In this document: piece by piece, positions 27,666 through 37,053 of the stretch
How positions within the stretch are numbered: position 1 is the stretch's first letter
How the letters are laid out: each line of letters starts with the position of its first letter
Source: Rhodanobacteraceae bacterium
GTDB taxonomy: Bacteria > Pseudomonadota > Gammaproteobacteria > Xanthomonadales > SZUA-5
NCBI GenBank assembly: GCA_016717705.1
Contig: JADKFD010000036.1
Location: 129-64,128, forward strand
DNA: 64,000 bases
Direction of reading: 5' to 3'
Position numbers and translations under genes: made by a program
The notes under the pieces: model-generated
The model's input: only the letters and a program-made list of their open reading frames with translations
What the model was told of the DNA's origin: nothing
The model's database searches: none

Positions 27666-29371
27666 GTGCTGGTCTCCGCAGCAGTCAGGTCGGTTCCGGT
27701 TTCGGCAAATTTCAATGCCAGGTCCAGCGTATCCATGAATTCATTGACCTTGATAGGCTTGGTCAGATAACGGAAGAACCCGGCCTCGAGTCCCTTCTTG
27801 ATATCGCGCGGAATGGCATTCGCGCTCAGCGCAATCACCGGAATGTGCAGGGTCAACGGATCCTCGGACAGGATCCGCAACGCCCGGATGCCATTGATAC
27901 CCGGCAAATTGATGTCCATCAGGATCACATCCGGACGCGCCGCCCGCGCCAGTTCGATGCCCTGGTAGCCATCCCGGGCACTGAGCAACCGCAGGTCGGA
28001 CCGGCGCGCGATCAGATCTTCGACCAGCATCAGATTCGCCGGATTGTCCTCCACATAGAGGATCGTGCGCAGGCGCGCGTCGGCCGCGATCGCCAGCGCG
28101 ACCAGAGCGCTGATATCCGCTCTTACCGGCGCCAGTTGGTCGTTGTCGGCGAGGTCGATTTCAATCCAGAACACGCTGCCCTGCCCGACCGTGCTCTCGA
28201 CACCGATCGTGCCGCCCATCAGCTCGATCAGACGCTTGGTCATCACCAGCCCGATGCCGGTACCCTCTTCGGCGTGCGCTTCCTGGCCAAGCCGATTGAA
28301 CGGTTGGAACAACTGCGCCATCTTGTCGGGCGACAGACCCAGACCGGTGTCTTCGATGCAGATGCGGATGCGGTGATCGGCCAGGTTGGTGCATGCCAGT
28401 TTGACGCTGCCACCCACGCGGTTGTACTTGATCGCGTTGGACAACAGATTGATCAAGATCTGCTTGATGCGCATGCGATCGGCCCTGAGGATGCAGGGCT
28501 TCGCGAAATGCGGAAAACTGATGCGGATGCCGCGACCCTGGGCCTGCGGCTCGATCATGGTCTGGCACTCGTGCAGCACTTCGCCCAGCGAGATCGGCTC
28601 CAGCGACAACGACAGACGGCCAGATTCGATCAATGCCAGATCGAGAATCTCGTTGATCAGCTCCAGCAGGTACCAACCGGCACGCAGAATCTGGTCGACA
28701 CTGCGCTTTTGAGCGGGCGTCGGCTGCGGCGTGCCGGATTCGATCAACTGGGCGAAGCCGAGGATGGCGCTGAGCGGCGTGCGCAATTCGTGGCTCATGC
28801 TCGACAGGAAATCGGATTTGGCCCGGTTGGCCTTCTCCGCTACCGACATCGCCTCGTGCAGCGCCAGTTCGACCTGTTTGCGCACCGAATTGTCTGTGCC
28901 GATCAGCAAATAGCCGATGATCTGCCCGAAGTCGTCGCGCAGCGCGGTAATCGACACGATCGCCGGAAAGCGGCTGCCATCCTTGCAGATGTAGGTCAGC
29001 TCGTAGATGTCCTCGATGCCGCGCGAGGCCTTGAAAGCCAGCGCCTCGAAACCGGGCGTGATGGTGGTCCCGAGTTCCGCGCTCAGCGCCTGCGCGCGCG
29101 CCAGCACTTCGGAAGGATCGTGGATATCGCTGGGATTGATGCGGTTGACGACCTCCGCGGCCCGGTAGCCGAGCATGCGCTCGGCGCCGATGTTGAACAG
29201 CTGGATGATGCCCTTCTCGTCGGTGGCGATGATCGAGAAATTGGCGCTGGTCAGAATCGCGTTCTGCAGCGCCCCCGCCTTCAGCAGGGCCAGTTGCCGC
29301 TGTGCTTCCTGGCTGCCATCGGCCTTCGAGGCCCCGGCCATCAGAGCAGAATCAGTCGCCGATTCGGACAT
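27662..29371 (-). CDS. hybrid sensor histidine kinase (PAS-HisKA-HATPase-REC)
   Basis: ATG 29371. H-box FLSSMSHELRTPLSAILGF. N and G boxes LLSNAIKYN, DTGLGL, GTGIGL. C-terminal REC ILYVEDNPANL...DVILMDINLPGINGI. ATGA overlap with the downstream regulator (27662-27665). Confidence 0.9.
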   Translation of the reverse strand: MSESATDSALMAGASKADGSQEAQRQLALLKAGALQNAILTSANFSIIATDEKGIIQLFNIGAERMLGYRAAEVVNRINPSDIHDPSEVLARAQALSAELGTTITPGFEALAFKASRGIEDIYELTYICKDGSRFPAIVSITALRDDFGQIIGYLLIGTDNSVRKQVELALHEAMSVAEKANRAKSDFLSSMSHELRTPLSAILGFAQLIESGTPQPTPAQKRSVDQILRAGWYLLELINEILDLALIESGRLSLSLEPISLGEVLHECQTMIEPQAQGRGIRISFPHFAKPCILRADRMRIKQILINLLSNAIKYNRVGGSVKLACTNLADHRIRICIEDTGLGLSPDKMAQLFQPFNRLGQEAHAEEGTGIGLVMTKRLIELMGGTIGVESTVGQGSVFWIEIDLADNDQLAPVRADISALVALAIAADARLRTILYVEDNPANLMLVEDLIARRSDLRLLSARDGYQGIELARAARPDVILMDINLPGINGIRALRILSEDPLTLHIPVIALSANAIPRDIKKGLEAGFFRYLTKPIKVNEFMDTLDLALKFAETGTDLTAAETST

Positions 29372-29502
29372 GAGAACTCCACGGTTGCGGGCGCGCACGA
29401 ACGGTGCGCATCCACAATCGCGACGCGCGATCCCGAACCGCACCCAGAGTCTCTACTCTGCGCGCAATCCGGGTCGCTGTCTGTGCGCTGGCAGACCGAC
29501 GC

Positions 29503-29678
29503 TTACAGCGCGTCCTTGATGTCTTCCTTGACGTCGCCGAAGGCCTTTGCGCCTTGCCGGTGGCGTTCTGCAGCTTGCCCTTGTTCTCCATGGTCTTGTC
29601 GCCGAGGATGCGACCGGTGACTTCCTTGACCTTGCCCTTTGCTTCCTTGACGCGACCGTTGACCTGATCCTTGTTCAT
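29503..29678 (-). CDS. CsbD-family stress protein, 1-nt frameshift at T3 run 29546-29548
   Basis: MNKDQVNGRVKEAKGKVKEVTGRILGDKTMENKGKLQNATGKAQ, then the shifted frame gives KAFGDVKEDIKDAL-stop (TAA 29503-29505). An AAAA in place of AAA would restore a 58-aa CsbD. Confidence 0.75.
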
Positions 29679-29811
29679 GAACTACTCCGATAGCTGGGGG
29701 GAGCTCGCCGCGGCGGTTGTTTTGCAGCGCGGCCAGTGCGCCAAGACTCGGCCAGAGCAGTCGGCGGGTCTGTACGGGAACACACCGATGCGGTCAGTGC
29801 GTATGCGTGGG

Positions 29812-30237
29812 TCAGGGCGAAATCAGCTCAACGACATTCTCGGCGAGCAGATGCATGCCGCGATCGAAACTCAGTACCCGTGCCTGGTGATGCTGCGCAA
29901 TGGCCAGCAGATAGGCATCGGTGATCTGGCGGTAGCCCTGCAGTGCATCCATCGTCGCTGCCATTTCAACCGGCGCCGTCGGCGGATCGGTCAGGAAACG
30001 GTGCTGTGTGTGCGCCAATAAGGCGTGCAATACCTGGCGTGCGCCACCCGGCGTTGGCGCAGGCCGAAACAATCCCGGCGTGCTCGACACGCGCATGAAC
30101 CCCAATTGAGTGATGGCACAACTGGCCCACTGATCGCCTTCCAAACGCATCATCCGCGCCAGAATCCTGCCGTGAAATTCATGCTCTTCCCAAGCGAGGG
30201 CAAGCAGTGCGTTGACGTCGAGCAGCCAGACCGACAT
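29812..30237 (-). CDS. vapC: type II toxin VapC (PIN domain), second copy
   Basis: MSVWLLDVNALLALAW...AITQLGFMRV...ITDAYLLAIAQHHQARVLSFDRG. Same TGATG overlap with its antitoxin as the first pair. Confidence 0.85.
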   Translation of the reverse strand: MSVWLLDVNALLALAWEEHEFHGRILARMMRLEGDQWASCAITQLGFMRVSSTPGLFRPAPTPGGARQVLHALLAHTQHRFLTDPPTAPVEMAATMDALQGYRQITDAYLLAIAQHHQARVLSFDRGMHLLAENVVELISP

Positions 30238-30482
30238 CAGATGAAGCCTTCGTCGTCGATAGCACGCTGGATCGCAGTTGCACTGATCACCGGACTGCCC
30301 GGCCGCGCTGCAACGACGTTGAAACCATGCGATTGCTTGACCACCAAGGGCGTGGCGGCTTCGGCCGCAAGTGCCTGCTCGACCAGCATCCCGAGCATTC
30401 GGCCAACACTGACGCCACTGCGTTGAGCGCGCTCGCGCACACTGCGGTAGGACTGTTCATCCAGATCTGCGGTCGTACGCAT
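30237..30482 (-). CDS. vapB: VapB-type antitoxin (81 aa), second copy
   Basis: MRTTADLDEQSYRSVRERAQRSGVSVGRMLGMLVEQAL. Same length and MRTT.DL start as 4268-4513. Confidence 0.75.
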   Translation of the reverse strand: MRTTADLDEQSYRSVRERAQRSGVSVGRMLGMLVEQALAAEAATPLVVKQSHGFNVVAARPGSPVISATAIQRAIDDEGFI

Positions 30483-30502
30483 CCGATTGATTCCATGAAT
30501 CC

Positions 30503-30769
30503 GTGATGCATTACATCATATCAACGATCAGGATTGACCGGACGGTGCCGCAGCTCATCCAGACTGACCGACGTGAGCAACTGCAGGCGTCCCTGACGGT
30601 GCGCGACTGGGCGGCCGAAGAGGCGGCACTGGAAATACTCCAGCCCACACGCGTGCCGGCGAATGACAATGAGCGCCGCGACGTCGGCGGCCTGGTGCGA
30701 AGCGGAGCAGAAAGCGTCAACCGCAGCGCGCCGCACGCCTGGGCGGCGTTCCAGTTCTATCGTTACTGA
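30503..30769 (+). CDS. hypothetical small ORF (88 aa), doubtful
   Basis: The only sizeable ORF in the 280-nt gap. Codon third positions are mostly G/C after the first ~10 codons. No recognisable family, and the 3' end overlaps the murB stop. Confidence 0.25.
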   Translation: MMHYIISTIRIDRTVPQLIQTDRREQLQASLTVRDWAAEEAALEILQPTRVPANDNERRDVGGLVRSGAESVNRSAPHAWAAFQFYRY

Positions 30770-31809
30770 AGAACTGGGCTGCGCAGCACGCGCGGCTCGA
30801 TCTCCAGCTCAACCCCGAAACGCGCCTGCACGTCGGCCTGGATGCGCTGCGCGAGCGCGAGGATCTGGCGTCCGCTGGCATGGCCGTGGTTGACCAGCAC
30901 CAGCGCGTGCTGCTGATGCACAGCGGCGTCGCCGTCGCGATAACCCTTCCATCCGCAATGTTCGATCAGCCAGCCGGCGGCGAGTTTGCTCAATCCGGCG
31001 GCAGCCGGATACACCGGCAACCCCGGGTGCCCGATTTTCAACCGCAAGGCCTGATCGGCGGGCAGCAGCGGATTCTTGAAGAAACTGCCGGCATTGCCCA
31101 GTCGTGCAGGGTCCGGCAACTTGCGCTGACGAATCGCCGACACGGCGCGGTAAACATCGACCGGCGCCGGATTGGCGATGCCCAGCGAGCGCAACTCCTC
31201 GCGCACGCCGGCGTAGTCGAGCAGCAGCTGCGGTGAAGCCGACAGCGCAAATTCGACCGCAACGATCAGATGGCGCTCGCCGTCGTGCTTGAAGCGGGAA
31301 TCGCGGTAGCTGAAACCGCAATCGGCGGCTTCGATGCGGACAAAGCGCCGCTCGACGCGGTCATAGGCCTCGACCGCCGCCACGAAACGCTCCAGTTCGA
31401 CACCGTAGGCGCCGATGTTCTGGATCGGCGCCGCACCCACATTGCCCGGTATCAACGCCAGGTTTTCCAGGCCACAGGCGCCCTGAGCCAAAGTGGCGCC
31501 GACGAAGGCATGCCAGTTCTCGCCCGCTGCAGCACGCACGCGGATGCGTCCATCAGCGCCCTGCCGCAACCATTCGATTCCGCGCAGTTGCGGCTGCAAC
31601 ACCAGAGCATCGAGATCATTGACGATCAGCACGTTGCTGCCACCGCCGAGCACTTCGACGCGCAGGCCCTGGCTCGCGGCGAAGTCGAGTGCGGCGACCA
31701 GACCGTCGCGCGTATCAGCCCGCGCCAGCGCGCGCGCCCGCGCCGCGACACCGAAACTGTTCAGCCGCTGGAGGTCGGCGTCGCGGATTAGTTCGAAGCG
31801 CTGGGTCAC
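30763..31809 (-). CDS. murB: UDP-N-acetylenolpyruvoylglucosamine reductase
   Basis: GTG 31809 with GAGGA upstream. LNSFGV.ARA, VLGGGSNVLI, GAAPIQNIGAYGVE, SYRDSRFK, GNAGSFFKNP. Confidence 0.92.
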   Translation of the reverse strand: MTQRFELIRDADLQRLNSFGVAARARALARADTRDGLVAALDFAASQGLRVEVLGGGSNVLIVNDLDALVLQPQLRGIEWLRQGADGRIRVRAAAGENWHAFVGATLAQGACGLENLALIPGNVGAAPIQNIGAYGVELERFVAAVEAYDRVERRFVRIEAADCGFSYRDSRFKHDGERHLIVAVEFALSASPQLLLDYAGVREELRSLGIANPAPVDVYRAVSAIRQRKLPDPARLGNAGSFFKNPLLPADQALRLKIGHPGLPVYPAAAGLSKLAAGWLIEHCGWKGYRDGDAAVHQQHALVLVNHGHASGRQILALAQRIQADVQARFGVELEIEPRVLRSPVLQ

Positions 31810-31884
31810 CTGTCCTCACAGAAAATGACTTAACAAATTGATCTATAACAATATCAAGGCGCACGCCCTGACCGAGTACTGATT

Positions 31885-31998
31885 GGGGCCGCAAAGGACG
31901 CAAAGGCGCAAAGGACGCAAAACAGCAAGTCCAAGAATTCTGAGTTCCTTTCCAGGCTGTTGATTTCCTTTGCGCCCCTTTGCGTCCTTTGCGTCCCC
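31885..31998. repeat. inverted repeat whose arms are tandem 8-9-mers (CAAAGGACG/CAAAGGCG) around an AT-richer ~40-nt core
   Basis: Left arm GGGGCCGCAAAGGACGCAAAGGCGCAAAGGACGCAAAA. Right arm TTTGCGCCCCTTTGCGTCCTTTGCGTCCCC. It lies between the pyrD stop and the murB start. Confidence 0.85.
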
Positions 31999-32042
31999 AA
32001 GAAACAGCCAACGGCCTTGCGTCGTCGGCGCTCATGCATCCC

Positions 32043-33068
32043 CTACCACCGCCCCCGCAGCGCCTCGACGCATTCGCCGATCAACTCCGGTCCGCGATAG
32101 ATCATGCCGCTGTAGAACTGCACCAGTTGCGCGCCGGCATCGAACTTCGCGGCGGCATCGGCACCTCCGAGAATGCCGCCGACGCCGATGATCGGCACCC
32201 GCTCACCCAGGCGTTCATGCATGCCGCGCAGCACCGCGGTGGAGCGCGCCATCAACGGGCGACCCGATAGTCCGCCGGCCTCATTGGCCAGTTCATGACC
32301 TGCGATGACATGCCGGTCGATGGTGGTATTGGTGCAGATCAGGCCGTCGATCCCGGAAGCCAGCAACACTTCGGCGATGCCGTCCATTTCAGTCGGCGTC
32401 AGGTCGGGCGCGATCTTCAGCAACATCGGCTTGCGCTTGCCGTGGACAGCGGCGAGGCGCTCCTGGTCTTCGCGCAGCGTGCCGATGAAACGCGCCAGCG
32501 CGGTTTCCTCTTGCAGATCGCGCAGGCCCTGGGTATTCGGCGACGAGATGTTGATGGTGATGTAGGTCGCCAGCGGATAGACGCGCTGCAGGCATAGCCG
32601 ATAGTCGTCGACGGCATGCTCGTTCGGCGTCTCTTTGTTGCGGCCGATATTGATGCCGAGCACGCCCTGGAATCGGCTGCATTCGATGTTACGCACCAGT
32701 GCATCGACACCGCGATTGTTGAAACCCAGCCGATTGATCACCGCCTGGCGGTCCGCCAGGCGGAACATGCGCGGTTTCGGGTTGCCCGCCTGCGGCCGCG
32801 GCGTGATGGTGCCGACCTCGATGAAGCCAAATCCCAGCGAACCCAGCGCGTCGATGTGCGCCGCGTTCTTGTCGAGACCCGCAGCCAGTCCGACTGGATT
32901 GGGGAAATCGATGCCGAACACGCGCGTCGGCAATGGCTGCGGACGCGTCGCCAGCAAGGGGTTCAAGCCGCTGCGGTAGGCCAGTTCGATCGCCTTGAGG
33001 CCAAGCTCATGCGCGCGCTCGGCGTCGAGCGCGAACAACAGCGGTTGTGCGAGGCGATAGATCGACAT
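32043..33068 (-). CDS. pyrD: dihydroorotate dehydrogenase (quinone)
   Basis: ORF trimmed to ATG 33068. [57 protein letters not shown]. Confidence 0.92.
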   Translation of the reverse strand: MSIYRLAQPLLFALDAERAHELGLKAIELAYRSGLNPLLATRPQPLPTRVFGIDFPNPVGLAAGLDKNAAHIDALGSLGFGFIEVGTITPRPQAGNPKPRMFRLADRQAVINRLGFNNRGVDALVRNIECSRFQGVLGINIGRNKETPNEHAVDDYRLCLQRVYPLATYITINISSPNTQGLRDLQEETALARFIGTLREDQERLAAVHGKRKPMLLKIAPDLTPTEMDGIAEVLLASGIDGLICTNTTIDRHVIAGHELANEAGGLSGRPLMARSTAVLRGMHERLGERVPIIGVGGILGGADAAAKFDAGAQLVQFYSGMIYRGPELIGECVEALRGRW

Positions 33069-33076
33069 GGGTGGGC

Positions 33077-33601
33077 TCAGTGGGTCAGTGCCTTGGCGTA
33101 GACCTCGAACCACAGGTCCTGCCGCTTCGGTAGTCCGAAACGCTCGTCGCCATAGGGAAACGGAGCGCGCTCGCCGGTCGCCGCGTAGCCGCGGCGACGG
33201 TAAAAGGCGATCAGTTCGGTGCGCGTCCAGATCACCGTCATGCGCACGCAGCGCAGGCGCCAATCGCGCGCAATGCGCTCGCATTCGCGCAGGATCGCGT
33301 CGCCGATGCCCTTACCCTGCAGCCCGGGCCGGACGGCAAACATGCCGAAGTAGGCAGCATCGCCCTGGCGCTCGAGATTGGCGCATCCCAGTAGTTCGCC
33401 ATCGCGCTCGGCGAGCACGATCAGCGAACCATCCTTGTCGATGGTCGCCCGCAAACCGTCATGATCGGTGCGCTGTCCATCCAGCAGATCGGCCTCGGTG
33501 GTCCAGCCCAGGCGGCTGGAATCGCCGCGATAGGCCGATTCGACCAGTTCCAGCAGAGCGTCGATGTCGTCGTGGGTGGCGGTGCGGAAGGCGATGGTCA
33601 T
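33077..33601 (-). CDS. GNAT-family N-acetyltransferase
   Basis: ORF 33077..33739(-) trimmed to ATG 33601. Acetyl-CoA motif [24 protein letters not shown]. Confidence 0.85.
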   Translation of the reverse strand: MTIAFRTATHDDIDALLELVESAYRGDSSRLGWTTEADLLDGQRTDHDGLRATIDKDGSLIVLAERDGELLGCANLERQGDAAYFGMFAVRPGLQGKGIGDAILRECERIARDWRLRCVRMTVIWTRTELIAFYRRRGYAATGERAPFPYGDERFGLPKRQDLWFEVYAKALTH

Positions 33602-35033
33602 GGGTGCGGGTGAAAGTGTAGTGAGTAAGAGCTGGCGTAAGTTGATCGAAATCGAAGGTGGCGATTGAGGGTCCGGGCATCCGGTGAAACGTACGATGAA
33701 CGTCAACGTCAATAGAACAGCGACGACGACGTCGCTCAAGCGCCCGGCTTCCAGGTTTTACCACGTTCACTCTCACTTGCCCACGGCACGCCCCAATCAC
33801 CGGGTACTTCGCCGCCACATATTCCTCGATCATCGCAACGAACTCCTCGGTGATGCGCTCGCCGCGCAGGGTTGCCACCTTGCTGCCGTCGATGAACACC
33901 GGCGCGGCCGGGCTTTCGCCGGTGCCGGGCAAGCTGATGCCAATGTTGGCCTGCTTGCTCTCGCCGGGTCCGTTGACGATGCAGCCCATCACCGCGAGCG
34001 TCAGGTCCTCGACGCCGCGATAACGCAGGCGCCAGTCCGGCATGCGTTCGCGCACATGGTCCTGGACGGTCTTGGCCAATTCCTGGAAGAAGCTGCTGGT
34101 GGTGCGGCCGCAGCCGGGGCAGGCGGTGACCATCGGCGTGAAGGCGCGCAAACCCATGGTCTGCAGCAGTTCCTGGGCGACGATCACTTCGGTCGTGCGG
34201 CTTTCGCCCGGCTCGGGCGTCAGCGAGATGCGGATGGTGTCGCCGATGCCCTCCTGCAGCAGCACCGCCAGCGCGGCGGTCGAGGCGACGATGCCCTTGC
34301 TGCCCATGCCGGCCTCGGTCAGGCCCAGATGCAGCGGATAGTCGCTGCGCCGCGCCAGTTCGCGATACACCGCGATCAGGTCCTGCACGCCGCTGACCTT
34401 GCACGAAACGATGATGCGATCGGCGGAAAGGCCGATTTCCTCGGCTTTGGCCGCGCTCAGCAGTGCCGACTGGATCAGCGCCTCGCGCGCCACCGCGGGG
34501 GCGTCGAGCGGAGCGTCCGACGCCGCATTGGCATCCATCAAGCGCGTCAACAGACTCTGGTCCAGACTGCCCCAGTTGGCGCCAATGCGCACCGGCTTGT
34601 CGTAGCGGATGGCGAGTTCGATGATCGTCGCGAACTGCGTATCGCGCTTGTTGCCAAAGCCCACGTTACCGGGGTTGATCCGGTATTTCCCCAGCGCCTG
34701 CGCGCAATCCGGATGGCGCGTCAGCAGCAGATGGCCGTTGTAATGGAAATCACCGATCAGCGGCACCGCCACCGACATGCGATCCAGCTTCTCGCGGATG
34801 CGCGGCACGGCGGCGGCCGCTTCCTCGGTGTTGACGGTGATGCGCACCAGTTCCGAACCGGCGCGCCACAACTGGGCAACCTGGCGCGTCGTGGAATCGA
34901 TGTCCGCAGTGTCGGTGTTGGTCATCGACTGCACCACCACCGGAGCGCCGGCACCGACGCTGATCGAACCGATACGCACAGCGAGGGTGTGGCGACGGGG
35001 CTGGGGGCCGTAGGTTGGCGTTGGAGCGGTCAT
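33459..35033 (-). CDS. ispG: 4-hydroxy-3-methylbut-2-enyl diphosphate synthase; ORF lacks a plausible stop (native end probably near 33795-33810)
   Basis: ATG 35033. [47 protein letters not shown]. After ...[10 protein letters not shown] the in-frame translation becomes nonsense-like ([18 protein letters not shown]...). It crosses a repeat element and overlaps the GNAT start. Confidence 0.85.
   Translation of the reverse strand: MTAPTPTYGPQPRRHTLAVRIGSISVGAGAPVVVQSMTNTDTADIDSTTRQVAQLWRAGSELVRITVNTEEAAAAVPRIREKLDRMSVAVPLIGDFHYNGHLLLTRHPDCAQALGKYRINPGNVGFGNKRDTQFATIIELAIRYDKPVRIGANWGSLDQSLLTRLMDANAASDAPLDAPAVAREALIQSALLSAAKAEEIGLSADRIIVSCKVSGVQDLIAVYRELARRSDYPLHLGLTEAGMGSKGIVASTAALAVLLQEGIGDTIRISLTPEPGESRTTEVIVAQELLQTMGLRAFTPMVTACPGCGRTTSSFFQELAKTVQDHVRERMPDWRLRYRGVEDLTLAVMGCIVNGPGESKQANIGISLPGTGESPAAPVFIDGSKVATLRGERITEEFVAMIEEYVAAKYPVIGACRGQVRVNVVKPGSRALERRRRRCSIDVDVHRTFHRMPGPSIATFDFDQLTPALTHYTFTRTHDHRLPHRHPRRHRRSAGTGRIGLSRRFQPPGLDHRGRSAGWTAHRS
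33608..33782. repeat. imperfect inverted repeat with GTGA-rich oligomer arms (same style as 40382 and 59788 elements)
   Basis: Left arm GGGTGAAAGTGTAGTGAGTAAGAG. Right arm TTTTACCACGTTCACTCTCACTTGCCC (reverse complement GGGCAAGTGAGAGTGAACGTGGTAAAA). The arms match only ~70% by eye. The ispG frame reads through this element. Confidence 0.5.
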
Positions 35034-35148
35034 GGGGGACAAGGGGGCGGGGGGGGGCACGAAGTGCGCGCGGGTGAATAGTGTTGACGATAACCGGCAG
35101 AGCTGAAGGTGCGGGCCCCGTGCCCGCGCGTGCCCCGTGCCCCGTCGC

Positions 35149-36882
35149 TCACACCGTCGACCAGATCTCGTCCAGCTCCGCCGACGGCGGCGCTTCGGGT
35201 GCAGCCAGAGTCGCTCCCTGCGCTTGCTGTTCGCCATAGCGGAACTGTTTGTAGGCGCCGGAGTTCTCCACCAGGTCAAGCGATTCCAGCGGCTCGGACA
35301 GCACTCGAAGTTCCATGCCCATGGGATCGGGCAAGCGCAACAATTCGAGTCCACCGGTGGAATCGAGGATCGACGGCGCCAGCAGCGTCGGATGCTGCGA
35401 GCCATCGATCGCCAGCGGCGCCAGCAGCAGCCCGCGCAGAATCACGCGGCTGTTGTGCGCCTCGCTGGTCGCGCGCACCGCGATCGCCTCCACGCGCCGG
35501 CTCAGCAGTTGCACACCGGCCTCCAGGCTGTCGTTGTTGCCCCCCTTGAGCCAGCGCAGCACGCCGACCATCCAGTCGGGCTCATCGTCGTCGTCGGTCG
35601 CCGGCGCCGACAGCGCCACCAACTCACCCACCTTGGCCTTCAGGCCCTCGGCGTTTTCCCAGAACAGGCGGTAGCCACCCAGGCTCTGATCGACCACCCG
35701 GACGCGCAACATGGTCGGGGCCGCCGACTCGGCGCTCGCCTGCGCCCAGGCGGCCGAGCGCTCGCGATCGCTCAGGGTCACACCGCCGCCCAACTCCGCG
35801 ACGAACTCGTTGAAGTCACGCTTGCCGGCAGCCAGATAGTGCACCGCATGCAGACCGATGCAGGAATTCATGTTGTGGTTGGCCGGCAGTCGCGGATGCC
35901 CGCGTTCGCCGCTGAAGCTCCAGGCCACCGTCAACTTCTCGACCACCTCACCGGGCACGTCCGGCCCCAGGCCGAGACGGCCACGCACCGCCACCGGCGC
36001 GTCCAGGGAGGACAGCATGCGCAACTGGTTCTTCAGCGACTGCACCAGACCACTGCTGTCAAGGCGCCAGTAGCGCCCCTCGACTTCGGCGCGCGGCGAC
36101 ATCGGCGGAAGGTCCGAGCGCGGGTCGATGACGAAGGACCCGCTGGTGCCGTTCAGATCGACCCGGCAATGCGTCGACCAGACCTTGGCGGCCGCCTCGA
36201 CATCGACGATTTCCTTCTGCGTCAAGCGATAGGGATTGCCGATGAAGGTCAGCAGCGTCTGCAGGTAGACGCTCTCGGCGGTCAGCGTGATACCGCCGAC
36301 CTGACTGTCGGTCACCGCCTTGTCGGCCAGTTGCGACTCGTAGGCAAACCCGACCAGACGATGCAGCAGGCCCCACACACCGCTCGGTATCTCGCTGTAG
36401 GCGATGTAGCACTTGCTCAGCATCTGCGAGCAATGACAAAGGGCGCGCACCAGCGCCAGCGCGGTGCTGCGACCGCGCAGGAACGGCACATTGCCTTTCG
36501 GCGCGCAGTAGTCATGCACACAGGTGGCAAAACCGACCGCCAGTTCGCGGTGAAAATCGCGCATTACTGCGCCGATCTGGCGCTTCTGCAATGGCAGCGG
36601 CAGCGACTGGCCAAGGACGTGGCGCTCCATGCTGGAGATCACCACCGACACCGGATGGCGCATCTGTTCGAGGATTTCGATGCGCTGATTCGGTTCGACT
36701 TCCAGCTGGTTGAGTTCCTTCAGACCGTTGTACAGCAGGCGCGCGGTGGCGCCGCTGTTGGCCATCGGCAGCGCCTCGATCCACAGCTTGACGGCCTTGC
36801 CAGTGGTCGGAAACGCATCACGACCGGGTCGCTCGCGCTTGGGCAGCGCCCCCCTGAGCAACTCGAACGCGTTGTCAGCCAT
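35149..36882 (-). CDS. large cytoplasmic protein with C-terminal PilZ-like segment (D-x-S-x-G-G)
   Basis: ATG 36882 (AGGGAG upstream). 577 aa. [19 protein letters not shown] resembles the PilZ DxSxxG element, but no clean RxxxR lies upstream. It is divergent from the oxidoreductase gene. Confidence 0.6.
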   Translation of the reverse strand: MADNAFELLRGALPKRERPGRDAFPTTGKAVKLWIEALPMANSGATARLLYNGLKELNQLEVEPNQRIEILEQMRHPVSVVISSMERHVLGQSLPLPLQKRQIGAVMRDFHRELAVGFATCVHDYCAPKGNVPFLRGRSTALALVRALCHCSQMLSKCYIAYSEIPSGVWGLLHRLVGFAYESQLADKAVTDSQVGGITLTAESVYLQTLLTFIGNPYRLTQKEIVDVEAAAKVWSTHCRVDLNGTSGSFVIDPRSDLPPMSPRAEVEGRYWRLDSSGLVQSLKNQLRMLSSLDAPVAVRGRLGLGPDVPGEVVEKLTVAWSFSGERGHPRLPANHNMNSCIGLHAVHYLAAGKRDFNEFVAELGGGVTLSDRERSAAWAQASAESAAPTMLRVRVVDQSLGGYRLFWENAEGLKAKVGELVALSAPATDDDDEPDWMVGVLRWLKGGNNDSLEAGVQLLSRRVEAIAVRATSEAHNSRVILRGLLLAPLAIDGSQHPTLLAPSILDSTGGLELLRLPDPMGMELRVLSEPLESLDLVENSGAYKQFRYGEQQAQGATLAAPEAPPSAELDEIWSTV

Positions 36883-37053
36883 AGGTCCAACTCCCTGCAC
36901 TGGGACTGCCGATGATAACTCGGCAACGGGCAGGCTCGACGGTTTTGCGGCCGACTCGGGTCGATTGAAAATTTAGCACTCATCACCGATTGCAGCCGAC
37001 CCATCCGCATACCTACACTCCACGCCCGGGGATTAGGCACAGGCGGGGCTTTG

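Noticed and set aside
36901-37053. Possible Crp/Fnr-type operator (TTGA...TCA-like half sites around 36965-36995) in the divergent promoter region of the redox operon
   Set aside because: No convincing TTGAT-N4-ATCAA palindrome can be aligned, only half-site resemblance.
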